From a virus: a stretch of DNA of 64,000 nt. The stretch lies in IMG/VR virus record IMGVR_UViG_3300029790_000003. One strand, given 5' to 3'. Shown here piece by piece: positions 27,736-36,048 of the stretch (its first letter is position 1; every line of letters begins with the position of its first letter). The notes beneath the pieces are model-generated. The model did no database searches, was not told the DNA's origin, and saw only the letters and a program-made list of their open reading frames with translations. The position numbers were made by a program, and so were the translations under genes.

Positions 27736-29232
27736 TCATTCTTCGTTAGATGGAGAATTTGCCATTGGTTCTGTTTTGGACGGATTTTGAAACTTTCCGT
27801 CAAGTAATTGCTGTGCTTTCTGCATTTCCGCTTCCGGGTCTGCCAGTTCCGGGTAAATAGTTCCCAGATACGGTAAACTCATTTCGTAGACTTTCTGCGG
27901 ATCACTAAATAAACCGCAAGTAATCAGTGCAATAAGCGGATGAATTTTATTTTTAAACAGATAATCGAGTGCCTGTGCTTTTACAAGCATATTGTCTGTT
28001 GGGTTTCTGGTTATCTTTACATCAAAATCTCTGGTTGAGATATTAACATCATTTGATGTACCACGGATAATATTCAGAATAATTCTAGCAGATTCCTTTT
28101 CAGCTTCCTTGGTGAATGCTTCTACCAATTTTGCATCTCTTTCTGCGAAGTCCCATCCATTACGAAGGTATACAGCATTTCCTGTATCACCTCCGCTATT
28201 GCTTTGGCGGTTTGGCATTGCTTCCACAATCAGCATGTTATTGTAGATATCATCCTTTGCAACCTGGCTCTCTGATTGATTCAATTCAGCGGTCATCAGT
28301 TCAACATCTGACTGACAGCCATTTCCAGTATCTTTTACAGAGATGGCACCAAGTTTTACCATTTTCAAAAACTCGTTTTCATCTACCTCGCAGTTCTTGA
28401 ACTTCATAAAGGCTTGCACAAACTGTTCAACGCCATTTAATCTATCAGACTGGTATTTGTTAATTGCATCAAATAAGGTGATTGCAATTTCAACATCTGA
28501 AAGCCTGTCATGATTATTCGGGCATTCAACAATAGGAATTCCTCCAAAACCGTTGATGCCATATTCGGTTACTTTTCCATTCGTGATTTTGAAAAACTGT
28601 TTCTTTGAATAACATAAGTAGTATTGTTGCTCATCTTCATCCTTCAAAATCTGAACGGACAGCATTGGTTTTCCGTTCCTCTGCGAATATACAATGTAAC
28701 AATCACCAGGATACGGAATAAAGATTCTAAACGGCGGTAAATCTCCGTTTTCTGTCCAGTCCTCTTCTTTCAGAATAGCCTTATAAGAAGTTCCTGTTGC
28801 ACTTTGGTATATTGCTCTCTGGATGTTTCTTGCATCTGCATTGGCTTCATCCAGATAATCATTCAGCAAATCAACTTGCTCATTTATTTTTTTGTCTGCA
28901 TTTTTCTTTTTACATACATATTGGATTGGTTCCCCGCAAATCTGTCCAGCTTTAAATTTTACAGTTTCAAATGCGTGATTTTCAACCACTCTGTTATTAA
29001 CTTCTGGACGTACTATTTTATTTCGATACAATATCGGCTGATCACCTTTCATGTACCGATACAAGTAATCAATCAATGTTCGATTTCTATTATGTATGCC
29101 AATTGTATCTGATACTACTTTTACTACATTTTGTGGAGTGATTCGGTCAACGCCTGTGTAGGCTACTTTTCGCCCGAAATCACCTCGGCATAAATCTACA
29201 AAATTCATTGTATTTCTCACGAGCCGAACCAT
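27736..29232 (-). CDS. Portal protein (498 aa)
   Basis: Size and position after terminase; SPP1-gp6-like. Confidence 0.75.
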   Translation of the reverse strand: MVRLVRNTMNFVDLCRGDFGRKVAYTGVDRITPQNVVKVVSDTIGIHNRNRTLIDYLYRYMKGDQPILYRNKIVRPEVNNRVVENHAFETVKFKAGQICGEPIQYVCKKKNADKKINEQVDLLNDYLDEANADARNIQRAIYQSATGTSYKAILKEEDWTENGDLPPFRIFIPYPGDCYIVYSQRNGKPMLSVQILKDEDEQQYYLCYSKKQFFKITNGKVTEYGINGFGGIPIVECPNNHDRLSDVEIAITLFDAINKYQSDRLNGVEQFVQAFMKFKNCEVDENEFLKMVKLGAISVKDTGNGCQSDVELMTAELNQSESQVAKDDIYNNMLIVEAMPNRQSNSGGDTGNAVYLRNGWDFAERDAKLVEAFTKEAEKESARIILNIIRGTSNDVNISTRDFDVKITRNPTDNMLVKAQALDYLFKNKIHPLIALITCGLFSDPQKVYEMSLPYLGTIYPELADPEAEMQKAQQLLDGKFQNPSKTEPMANSPSNEE

Positions 29233-29303
29233 CCTTTCTGCAAAATAAAAAGCACTGGATGTTTTAATCCAATGCTCTACTTTATATTCTACACATATTA
29301 AAA

Positions 29304-29328
29304 GTATTTTTCAGTATACTTCGGTATC
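29304..29328 (-). promoter_or_regulatory. Late-operon motif copy S3 (GATACCGAAGTATACTGAAAAATAC)
   Basis: Shares GATACC-N4-TATACTGAA-N3-ATAC with S1/S2; 72 nt upstream of the portal start. Confidence 0.5.
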
Positions 29329-29749
29329 ATCTTTCGAAACCTTTTATCTTTTTTATTTCTGCTATGGCTTTTAAATGCTTTTTTTTAATGTGAATCTCTG
29401 AATAACCCATCTCATCTGCAATGCGAACCAAAGATTTGTACTCAACATAGTGCTTAAATAATATGTCATATAGTAATGGATCTTCAACCTGTTCTATGGT
29501 TCGGACTATTTCTTGTCTTTTTTGTAAAAATTCAGATATCATTTCTGAAATCTCTTCTCGCAGATCAAATATCTTCGCAATCATATCTCCCATCGGATCA
29601 CGTTTTACAGAAGTTTGTACCTTTTCTCCAACAGGAATTGCAGATACACTTGTGGAAAGAGAACTGAGCTGTTCTTCTTCGATAAGCTTATTTTTGATTC
29701 TGTTATCATAATTTTCAATCTGGCGTAAATATTGAGCTGTAGTCATCAT
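29327..29749 (-). CDS. ArpU/RinA-like putative late transcriptional regulator (140 aa)
   Basis: C-terminal sigma-r4-like HTH (LLYDILFKHYVEYKSLVRIADEMGYSEIHIKKK); overlaps the TerL stop. Confidence 0.4.
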   Translation of the reverse strand: MMTTAQYLRQIENYDNRIKNKLIEEEQLSSLSTSVSAIPVGEKVQTSVKRDPMGDMIAKIFDLREEISEMISEFLQKRQEIVRTIEQVEDPLLYDILFKHYVEYKSLVRIADEMGYSEIHIKKKHLKAIAEIKKIKGFER

Positions 29750-29752
29750 ACT

Positions 29753-31447
29753 CTATCTCCTTCCCCACATAAAATTTTTGGTTGCTTTTACTTCTGCAAA
29801 TCTTTTGCCGGCAAGCGTTATTGCAAGCTGCGTAACTCCATCGGCAGCGTCATCATGTTCATTATCACCAATATAGACGAATGTAGTTAATTCATCCATA
29901 GCCTTTTGATACTGTTTATCTTGATATTTCGGAGCCAAAAATATAAAATTTTGCTTAACATCCCCGGAATATTGATTTATTTTTTCTTTTTTTGCTTGTT
30001 TTGAAGGTGCTTTTGTACTTGTCGTGCTGCAAGCGTATTTATGTTCTTTCAAGCGTTCATTTACATAATAGGCATACATATCTCCACCATTATTTGCTTC
30101 AAAATTGATAGATTGAATATTATTTCCCATGATTCTTCCAACAACTAATGGCAATGTTCCTTCTTTTGGCGCTGTGCTAAAAATCCAGTCATATATATAC
30201 ACATCTCCATTTTCGTATTCTGCACCTACTGGCATTGATAAGCTATCGCCACCACCCCACGCAACATCGCAAGCAGAAACATTTTTAACAAATCCACCTT
30301 CTGGGAGAACGCCGTTATAATATCTCAATTCGTCAGCTGCAAACACAATTCCTTCACGCAAGAAGGGCTTTTGCTGATATTTGGCTTCCCATTCGTTAGC
30401 GTCTAACCTAGCTTTCATATCAACATAATATTTTGTTGAAAATCCAACGCCATACTCATAATCGAAATTGGATTCACCATCATCGTTCAAAGCTGGAATT
30501 TTTCTAAACCGATACATTGGATTATCCCGATTTAGCTTCTCTATTTTTCCAAGAGGGTCATATAAATTCCATCTGGTTCCAACCATAAGTTCTCTTGCAC
30601 CATCAATCTTACGGTCAACCATCTTGTTTAGATATTCTTGATATGTGTTTTCTAATCGGGTAGGACTTAATGAATGTTGCCTATCTCTTACAAGGTCATC
30701 CACGTACAAATACCCATCGGAAGAAATGTCAACGGCACCTGTCCAAGTACCTTCAATACCACGGCAAGCCATTGTTGCAAATCGGTCTGGCTTGTCCAGG
30801 TTTATTTCAAAATCATCAGCACTCTGTTTTTGAAGTTTCGACTGTGGAAAAATTTCACTATAGTTGTATTCCTGTGTATTAATGAGATTAAGAAGTTCTC
30901 CGTAAAATCCTTTTGCCAGTTTTCCAGAATGACCACCCATGGCACTATGGCTATTTGGTCTTTTACCCATTATCCATGACATAAAGAAAATACACATAGT
31001 GGATTTTCCAACACGGCTCGGAAGCGATAAACCGTAAAACTCTATCTTTCTTTCTTCCAAATCTTGTAGGTCTTGGGCTACCACATGTAGTGTTTTTCTT
31101 CGTGGAATATAAAATTTCTTGCTGTCTGGTCTATTTTTTTCCATATAAAGCAAGTAACTTTCAAATAAATGTGGTGCTTCCAACAACAAATACTGCCAGT
31201 AGATATCATCAAAATCACCACTGCCAGTTAATGCAGCACACTTCTCTGCTATGTTATGTGAGTATTGACTTACTTTCATAGCCATTTTCCGTGCTTCTTG
31301 GTTCTTTCTGAAAGGAAGGTCAATATTCATATTTAAGAGCAAATCAAGGCAATCTTTTTGATTCTGATAGATTGTCATGTCACTACTGATAATCTGATTC
31401 AGTACTGCCCGATACCATTCAAGCGAACCTTCTGTAATTTTTCCCAT
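29753..31447 (-). CDS. terL: Terminase large subunit (564 aa)
   Basis: Walker A-like LPSRVGKST; C-terminal nuclease-like region; precedes portal. Confidence 0.75.
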   Translation of the reverse strand: MGKITEGSLEWYRAVLNQIISSDMTIYQNQKDCLDLLLNMNIDLPFRKNQEARKMAMKVSQYSHNIAEKCAALTGSGDFDDIYWQYLLLEAPHLFESYLLYMEKNRPDSKKFYIPRRKTLHVVAQDLQDLEERKIEFYGLSLPSRVGKSTMCIFFMSWIMGKRPNSHSAMGGHSGKLAKGFYGELLNLINTQEYNYSEIFPQSKLQKQSADDFEINLDKPDRFATMACRGIEGTWTGAVDISSDGYLYVDDLVRDRQHSLSPTRLENTYQEYLNKMVDRKIDGARELMVGTRWNLYDPLGKIEKLNRDNPMYRFRKIPALNDDGESNFDYEYGVGFSTKYYVDMKARLDANEWEAKYQQKPFLREGIVFAADELRYYNGVLPEGGFVKNVSACDVAWGGGDSLSMPVGAEYENGDVYIYDWIFSTAPKEGTLPLVVGRIMGNNIQSINFEANNGGDMYAYYVNERLKEHKYACSTTSTKAPSKQAKKEKINQYSGDVKQNFIFLAPKYQDKQYQKAMDELTTFVYIGDNEHDDAADGVTQLAITLAGKRFAEVKATKNFMWGRR

Positions 31448-31522
31448 AAAAATAGAGCCAGACCTCCTTTCTTTTTAGGATTTAGTCTGGCTCTCATGTG
31501 GCTCTCTTGACTGGTTTACTTA

Positions 31523-32476
31523 TTATTTAACATTCTCATCAGCTGTCATGTCTCTTGTATCTACGATGGTAGAAGTGTTACCTCCTTGAATCTTTGGTAC
31601 TTCACCATTCCATTTATCAATCTTCTGTTTTTCAATCAGTTCGGGAGTAAGAGATTCTGCGATTTTTCTATTTGCTTCTGCTTCAGCTTCTGCTTTAATC
31701 TTAATTGCTTCTGCTTTTCCTTCTGCATCAATCTTTGCCTGTTCCGCTTGGATAGATGCTTTTTCTTTTTCCTGTTCAGCAGCAATCAGTGCAACTTCTT
31801 TATCTTTATCAGCTTGTACTTTGGCTGTTTTAGCTTCAATGTTAGCAAGTTCTAATTCTTGCTGTGCATTTACCTTCTTCTGAATTGCAGCCTGTGTTTC
31901 ATCATCGGTGGAAATAGAAGTAAAGTTTACTGTATCAATAATAATTCCGTATGGCTCAAACTTCTGCTTAAGATATTCGTCAAGTGCTTCATTCAGTTCC
32001 TGGCGTTTATCACCGAAAACATCTGTTACTGGATACTTCGCAGTTACTTCCTGCGTCCATGCTTTCATCTTAGGCTTAATAAAAGTATTTTTCACAGATT
32101 CCCCGGATTGACCTTTGAACTGAGTAAATACATCAGTTACTCTGCTCTGATCGAATTTATAAGAAAATTCAAGGTCGACTTGAAGCGATTTTCCATCTGC
32201 CGTTGGTGTCTTGAAACTTTCATCTTTTGGAGAATCGCCCTTATCCTCAGATGTAAGATAAGACTGCTCGATTCCAACGGAATACAGTGAAGTTTTTACT
32301 GTAGGTGAAATCAAATGCCATCCCTGTGTAAGTACATTCTTAGAGATTCCTCCGTTCATTTTGTACTCTACCGCAATGTAACCAGCCGGAACTCTCACAC
32401 TGCACTTTGCAACACATATAAGTCCTGCAATGATTACAACAGCTAATCCAATTCCACCTAAAAGTCCTTTTTTCAT
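31523..32476 (-). CDS. SPFH/band-7 (prohibitin/stomatin-like) domain protein (317 aa)
   Basis: N-terminal TM anchor, SPFH core, C-terminal A/E/K coiled coil (AEQEKEKASIQAEQAKIDAEGKAEAIKIKAEAEAEA). Confidence 0.75.
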   Translation of the reverse strand: MKKGLLGGIGLAVVIIAGLICVAKCSVRVPAGYIAVEYKMNGGISKNVLTQGWHLISPTVKTSLYSVGIEQSYLTSEDKGDSPKDESFKTPTADGKSLQVDLEFSYKFDQSRVTDVFTQFKGQSGESVKNTFIKPKMKAWTQEVTAKYPVTDVFGDKRQELNEALDEYLKQKFEPYGIIIDTVNFTSISTDDETQAAIQKKVNAQQELELANIEAKTAKVQADKDKEVALIAAEQEKEKASIQAEQAKIDAEGKAEAIKIKAEAEAEANRKIAESLTPELIEKQKIDKWNGEVPKIQGGNTSTIVDTRDMTADENVK

Positions 32477-32637
32477 TTATTATCCTCCTCTTTTTGACTT
32501 TCGTCTTTATTTAACTCATCAATAGCATTTCTGCCAATGTGGTTCAATAATTTACCTAGTGGTTGAAATAATTTGTAAAGCAGGAACCATACTACTGCCG
32601 CTCCACATATCACTAGAAATATAAATACTGGATTCAT
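32473..32637 (-). CDS. Small membrane protein (54 aa) translationally coupled to the SPFH gene (NfeD-like partner candidate)
   Basis: ATG at 32637; single TM (FIFLVICGAAVVWFLLY); stop TGA overlaps the SPFH ATG (ATGA). Confidence 0.45.
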   Translation of the reverse strand: MNPVFIFLVICGAAVVWFLLYKLFQPLGKLLNHIGRNAIDELNKDESQKEEDNK

Positions 32638-32853
32638 TCAATCACCTAACTTTCTACAAATTTCAATAAAATCTGGCTTACTAAGTTCTTTCAGCTTGTT
32701 AGCATATTTTGGAAATTCATGTGTATATATCGGATGACCTAAAAGTTTTTCTGCGTATTCGTATGCAAGTTTTCGGTCATCCCCTGTAAGCATACAAATT
32801 CCTGTATAGGTTTCAATTACTACAGCTTCTTGTTTTGTCATACATATCCTCAC
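32638..32853 (-). CDS. Hypothetical protein (71 aa)
   Basis: ORF only. Confidence 0.4.
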   Translation of the reverse strand: MRICMTKQEAVVIETYTGICMLTGDDRKLAYEYAEKLLGHPIYTHEFPKYANKLKELSKPDFIEICRKLGD

Positions 32854-32862
32854 TTGATAAAA

Positions 32863-33057
32863 TCATCTTTTTAATTCCGAAAAAATATTTTCAATTACTT
32901 TCCACTCTGCGAATACTGCCATGAGCAATAATGGTACTGCCGAAAACCCCCAATGATTTTCAATCATCATTTGAATTGTGGCTATCAAATAATCTGCTAC
33001 CCACTTGAATATAATAAAATTAGTGATTATACAACATATCTTTCTGATTTTATTCAT
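32863..33057 (-). CDS. Small membrane protein (64 aa)
   Basis: Hydrophobic ORF. Confidence 0.35.
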   Translation of the reverse strand: MNKIRKICCIITNFIIFKWVADYLIATIQMMIENHWGFSAVPLLLMAVFAEWKVIENIFSELKR

Positions 33058-33287
33058 ACATTCACCTCAAATTCTTTCTTACAGTTGCTTCCCTTGCATT
33101 TTAATTTAAGATGCTGAATCTTTGTGTTTGGGCTAATCAAAAGTGCTTTCTTCTGGCAAAAAGGGCAACAGGCGTATTTCACTCCATTGATATTCCGTAT
33201 TAACGCCTGTCCATTCCATGGTTCTGGTGGATTCATGTATTCAGAAAAATCTATCCCTTCGGATTCTAATGCTGATTTAATGCTCAT
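33054..33287 (-). CDS. Zinc-ribbon protein (77 aa)
   Basis: CCPFCQ...CKGSNCKK. Confidence 0.45.
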   Translation of the reverse strand: MSIKSALESEGIDFSEYMNPPEPWNGQALIRNINGVKYACCPFCQKKALLISPNTKIQHLKLKCKGSNCKKEFEVNV

Positions 33288-33367
33288 TTATTTTTTTCTT
33301 ACTCCTTTTCGCCCTGCAACTCTACGCTCCTTTGGTTCCCCGTGCATCTTTTTTCCGTTGTTTGTTA

Positions 33368-33382
33368 GGTATATTCCGTATC
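33368..33382 (-). promoter_or_regulatory. Weaker copy of the late-operon motif (S4; GATACGGAATATACC)
   Basis: Partial match in the 160-bp intergenic region upstream of 33054..33287. Confidence 0.3.
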
Positions 33383-33447
33383 GCATCAATGCTCTGGTAC
33401 TTCCAGTGTTGCTCAACCAAGCACACATAAATGTTTCAAAAGACATA

Positions 33448-33780
33448 TCAGTTCAACCCATGAACCTTTCTTAGATTTGCATACCGGTCAACAAGTACGT
33501 CCAATGCGGTCTGAAGCTGATTGATTGTAATGCAGTCATCCTGGTGGCGTTGTTCATACCATTCTATAGATGGATGACCAGTATCTACATTTTCAATTCC
33601 ATCAATCGGAATCTTCCAGTTATCATTTTCAAGAAGCTTTTGGTTAAGTGTCTCCGATAAAGCTTTATAGTCCAGGATTATATGCTGTTTTTTCTCGCAT
33701 TCATCAGCCAAACGAACAACTTCATTTTTCAACTGTTCTTCTGTCCAGTTTGCCATATCCTCAAATTTCATATTTACCAC
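33448..33780 (-). CDS. Hypothetical protein (110 aa)
   Basis: ORF only. Confidence 0.45.
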   Translation of the reverse strand: MVNMKFEDMANWTEEQLKNEVVRLADECEKKQHIILDYKALSETLNQKLLENDNWKIPIDGIENVDTGHPSIEWYEQRHQDDCITINQLQTALDVLVDRYANLRKVHGLN

Positions 33781-34049
33781 CTCTGTCTTCGAAAATTGTC
33801 TCTTCCAAGCATAAATTTTTCGGCTGAAAAATTATCCTCTACATCAATATGTGCTTCACGGTCTTGCACCTCATATCCGTTTGGAGTTAATTCAAGTTTT
33901 GCAGTATATTCAGCGCCACAATTGGTGCATTGCCATGTCACATTTAAAAAGATTTCTTTTTCTATAAAAGGTTTTGTGTAATCGGAATTTTCGCATTTTA
34001 ACATTCCACCGCAAACAGGACAATTGCGTTTATCAAGTAAATCTAGCAT
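33774..34049 (-). CDS. Zinc-ribbon protein (91 aa)
   Basis: CPVCGG...CTNCGAEY. Confidence 0.45.
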   Translation of the reverse strand: MLDLLDKRNCPVCGGMLKCENSDYTKPFIEKEIFLNVTWQCTNCGAEYTAKLELTPNGYEVQDREAHIDVEDNFSAEKFMLGRDNFRRQRW

Positions 34050-34225
34050 TCAAATTCCCTCTTCTCCCTATGCTTCATCTGGCAGGCAATCATTTTAGCT
34101 ATGTTTTCACGTTCCTGTTTTATGCCATGTCCCTGGCGGAACAGCTCGCATTCAAGGATATTCCCGCAGTTTGAACATTCGTCTTTTATTTCTTTACCGC
34201 ATACTTCAATCATTTTCATCACCAC
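34043..34225 (-). CDS. Small Cys-containing protein (60 aa)
   Basis: CSNCGN...; ORF only. Confidence 0.3.
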   Translation of the reverse strand: MVMKMIEVCGKEIKDECSNCGNILECELFRQGHGIKQERENIAKMIACQMKHREKREFEC

Positions 34226-34475
34226 AGTAAATCAGTAAGTAATTTGCAATTTTTCTAAGATCATTTTTCCCATACAGACGAATTCCATCTTTCAATCCTC
34301 TGTCAATCAGCCAATCAGCTAACTTTATTGGTTGTGTAGGTGGTTCATCTTTGGATTTTTCTATCTTAAAATCATCAATTAAACCACCTCTATTTATAAG
34401 TTCAGAAAGTTCGCTCATCGGTACTATGCCTCCTTGTTTTTCCATCACTATTGAAGCAAACCCATGTGAAGCCAT
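34206..34475 (-). CDS. Hypothetical protein (89 aa)
   Basis: ORF only. Confidence 0.4.
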   Translation of the reverse strand: MASHGFASIVMEKQGGIVPMSELSELINRGGLIDDFKIEKSKDEPPTQPIKLADWLIDRGLKDGIRLYGKNDLRKIANYLLIYCGDEND

Positions 34476-34630
34476 CGTGTTTTCTGCAATTCTTACAACT
34501 TTTTTCGTTCATAAATTACCTCGATTTAGAAAAATCCAGTGTGCCGACTTGAACGGCATAAATCTCCCAACGAGAAGCACTGGAACTTTAAGGGGGAAAA
34601 TGCAACTTCTGGCAATGGCAATTTGCCAGA

Positions 34631-34702
34631 TAGAAACAACAGGAATCGAACCTGTGTCACATGATATTCAATATCATTGCTCTACCACTGAGCTATGTTT
34701 CT
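34631..34702 (-). tRNA. tRNA, class-I cloverleaf with anticodon UGA (Ser-type anticodon but short variable arm)
   Basis: Manual fold: acceptor AGAAACA/TGTTTCT, D-arm GCTC-AGTGGTA-GAGC, AC arm ATGAT-ATTGAAT-ATCAT, T-arm ACAGG-TTCGATT-CCTGT, discriminator A. Confidence 0.6.
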
Positions 34703-34925
34703 TTTTTCATCATAAAACGCTAAACTAGATGATTTTTTTAGAATCCCCGACTATCACTCCTCACGGGCATTGGTCTTATCTCTCTAAAAAGTTTTTGCAC
34801 AAGATCGCTAGTGAGTTGCGTCTATATGCCTGCACGAATGCACGCAAACGCATCCGCATTTATGTGCAAGAACTAACAATAGCTATGCTAAAGTCAGATG
34901 TCCTATCTACACTTGGTAGATGGAA

Positions 34926-34997
34926 TAGCAGGAGACGGATTCGAACCGCCGTTTCCATTGATATGAGCCATGTGAGATTCTGCTTCTCTATCCTGCT
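34926..34997 (-). tRNA. tRNA with anticodon CAU (Met/Ile2-type)
   Basis: Manual fold: acceptor AGCAGGA/TCCTGCT, AC arm CATGG-CTCATAT-CAATG (one G-A mismatch), T-arm GGCGG-TTCGAAT-CCGTC. Confidence 0.5.
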
Positions 34998-35166
34998 ATG
35001 TACATGTTTGGAAGAACCATTTCAGCACGTTCACTTATTGACTACTAGAGGAAGTCACTATATCACCGATAAACAGTACGTATTCGGAACTCGGTTATAC
35101 ATTCCTACGCACTGCTCTGTGCTTTTCCTACCACCAAACTTTCAGTCTCCAAACAATCGGAAAGGA

Positions 35167-35235
35167 TGGATTCGAACCATCAAGACCTAGTCGACTAGCC
35201 CGTTCCCAGTTACTTGCACTTTCCGAATAACCCGG
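35167..35235 (-). tRNA. tRNA-like element, non-canonical (possible tRNA relic)
   Basis: Good acceptor (CGGAAAG/CTTTCCG) and T-arm (GATGG-TTCGAAT-CCATC), but only 69 nt; no foldable D/anticodon arms; contains palindrome CTAGTCGACTAG. Confidence 0.3.
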
Positions 35236-35516
35236 TTCTTCCGGGTTAGCAATAGGTTTATCGTGTTATGCTTTCCACTATCTACAAGTTTTAGTGCTGT
35301 AGATTCACTGGATATTTTTATGCGTCTTTGAACGGCATCTCTTGAAAACTCCTTTTATTAACGTGCGCTGCGTTAATGTTTTTAACTCCGAGATATACCA
35401 GCCGGGAAATCAGATCCATTTAAGCTACGCCGTATCGCACCTAAATTCACCTAATCCACACGCTCAACTGGAAGTTTTTTCCACCCATATTACGGATGAA
35501 TGGCATTTAGAAGAAA

Positions 35517-35589
35517 TAGAAGCTCTGGGATTCGAACCCAGGACTTACGACTTATGAGGCCGTTGCTCTTACCGCTGAACTAAGCTTCC
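35517..35589 (-). tRNA. tRNA with anticodon CAU (Met/Ile2-type)
   Basis: Acceptor GGAAGCT/AGCTTCT (G1-U72), D-arm GTTC-AGCGGTA-GAGC, AC arm ACGGC-CTCATAA-GTCGT, T-arm CTGGG-TTCGAAT-CCCAG. Confidence 0.65.
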
Positions 35590-35739
35590 TAAGATACCGA
35601 ATTATTTGACCGCCATGACAAACAATCCGGCACTGTTGCAGTTCTTGACCACCAGCCGCAACAAAGGTTTTCTGAAACACTTTTAGATTTCAGAAAAGAG
35701 TGTTATAAAATGAACTTGCGGCATTAGCGAAACCGCAAA

Positions 35740-35812
35740 CTGGGCTAACTGGATTCGAACCAGCAAATGCAGCAGTCAAAGTGCTGTGCCTTAACCATTT
35801 GGCGATAGCCCA
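35740..35812 (-). tRNA. tRNA-Gln (anticodon UUG)
   Basis: Acceptor TGGGCTA/TAGCCCA with U1-A72 and discriminator G (Gln-like), AC arm CAGCA-CTTTGAC-TGCTG, T-arm GCTGG-TTCGAAT-CCAGT. Confidence 0.65.
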
Positions 35813-36048
35813 TTATCACCCGGGCGCACCATTAAAGCCCGGGGAAATCGTGATATATAAGTTTATGTAATTAGTATAATAAGCAATTAACACTTAAGCT
35901 ACTCTGGATGCCTCGACTTATCACTTTCATAGGTTTTCCCGAGCCTACATGGATTAAGTCGAAGCGGCGCTTTTATGAATTTAACCCTTTCGATTAACTC
36001 AATCGGGATAATTCCAATTGGAATTAGTAGATACATGGGGTTCTCCTC

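Noticed and set aside
35167-35235. tmRNA (ssrA) 3' domain
   Set aside because: The matching 5' acceptor strand lies only ~60 nt upstream and there is no room for tag-reading-frame or pseudoknot domains; it reads as a degenerate tRNA-like element.
35342-35557. 71-aa plus-strand ORF (and 34351..34728, 34729..35190) in the tRNA region
   Set aside because: They overlap the minus-strand tRNA genes and structured spacers and have no RBS; they are spurious.
35880-35960. Sixth tRNA upstream of tRNA-Gln (inverted repeat CGACTTA...TAAGTCG)
   Set aside because: No T-loop consensus and no cloverleaf could be folded; it is kept only as a possible promoter or leader structure for the tRNA array.
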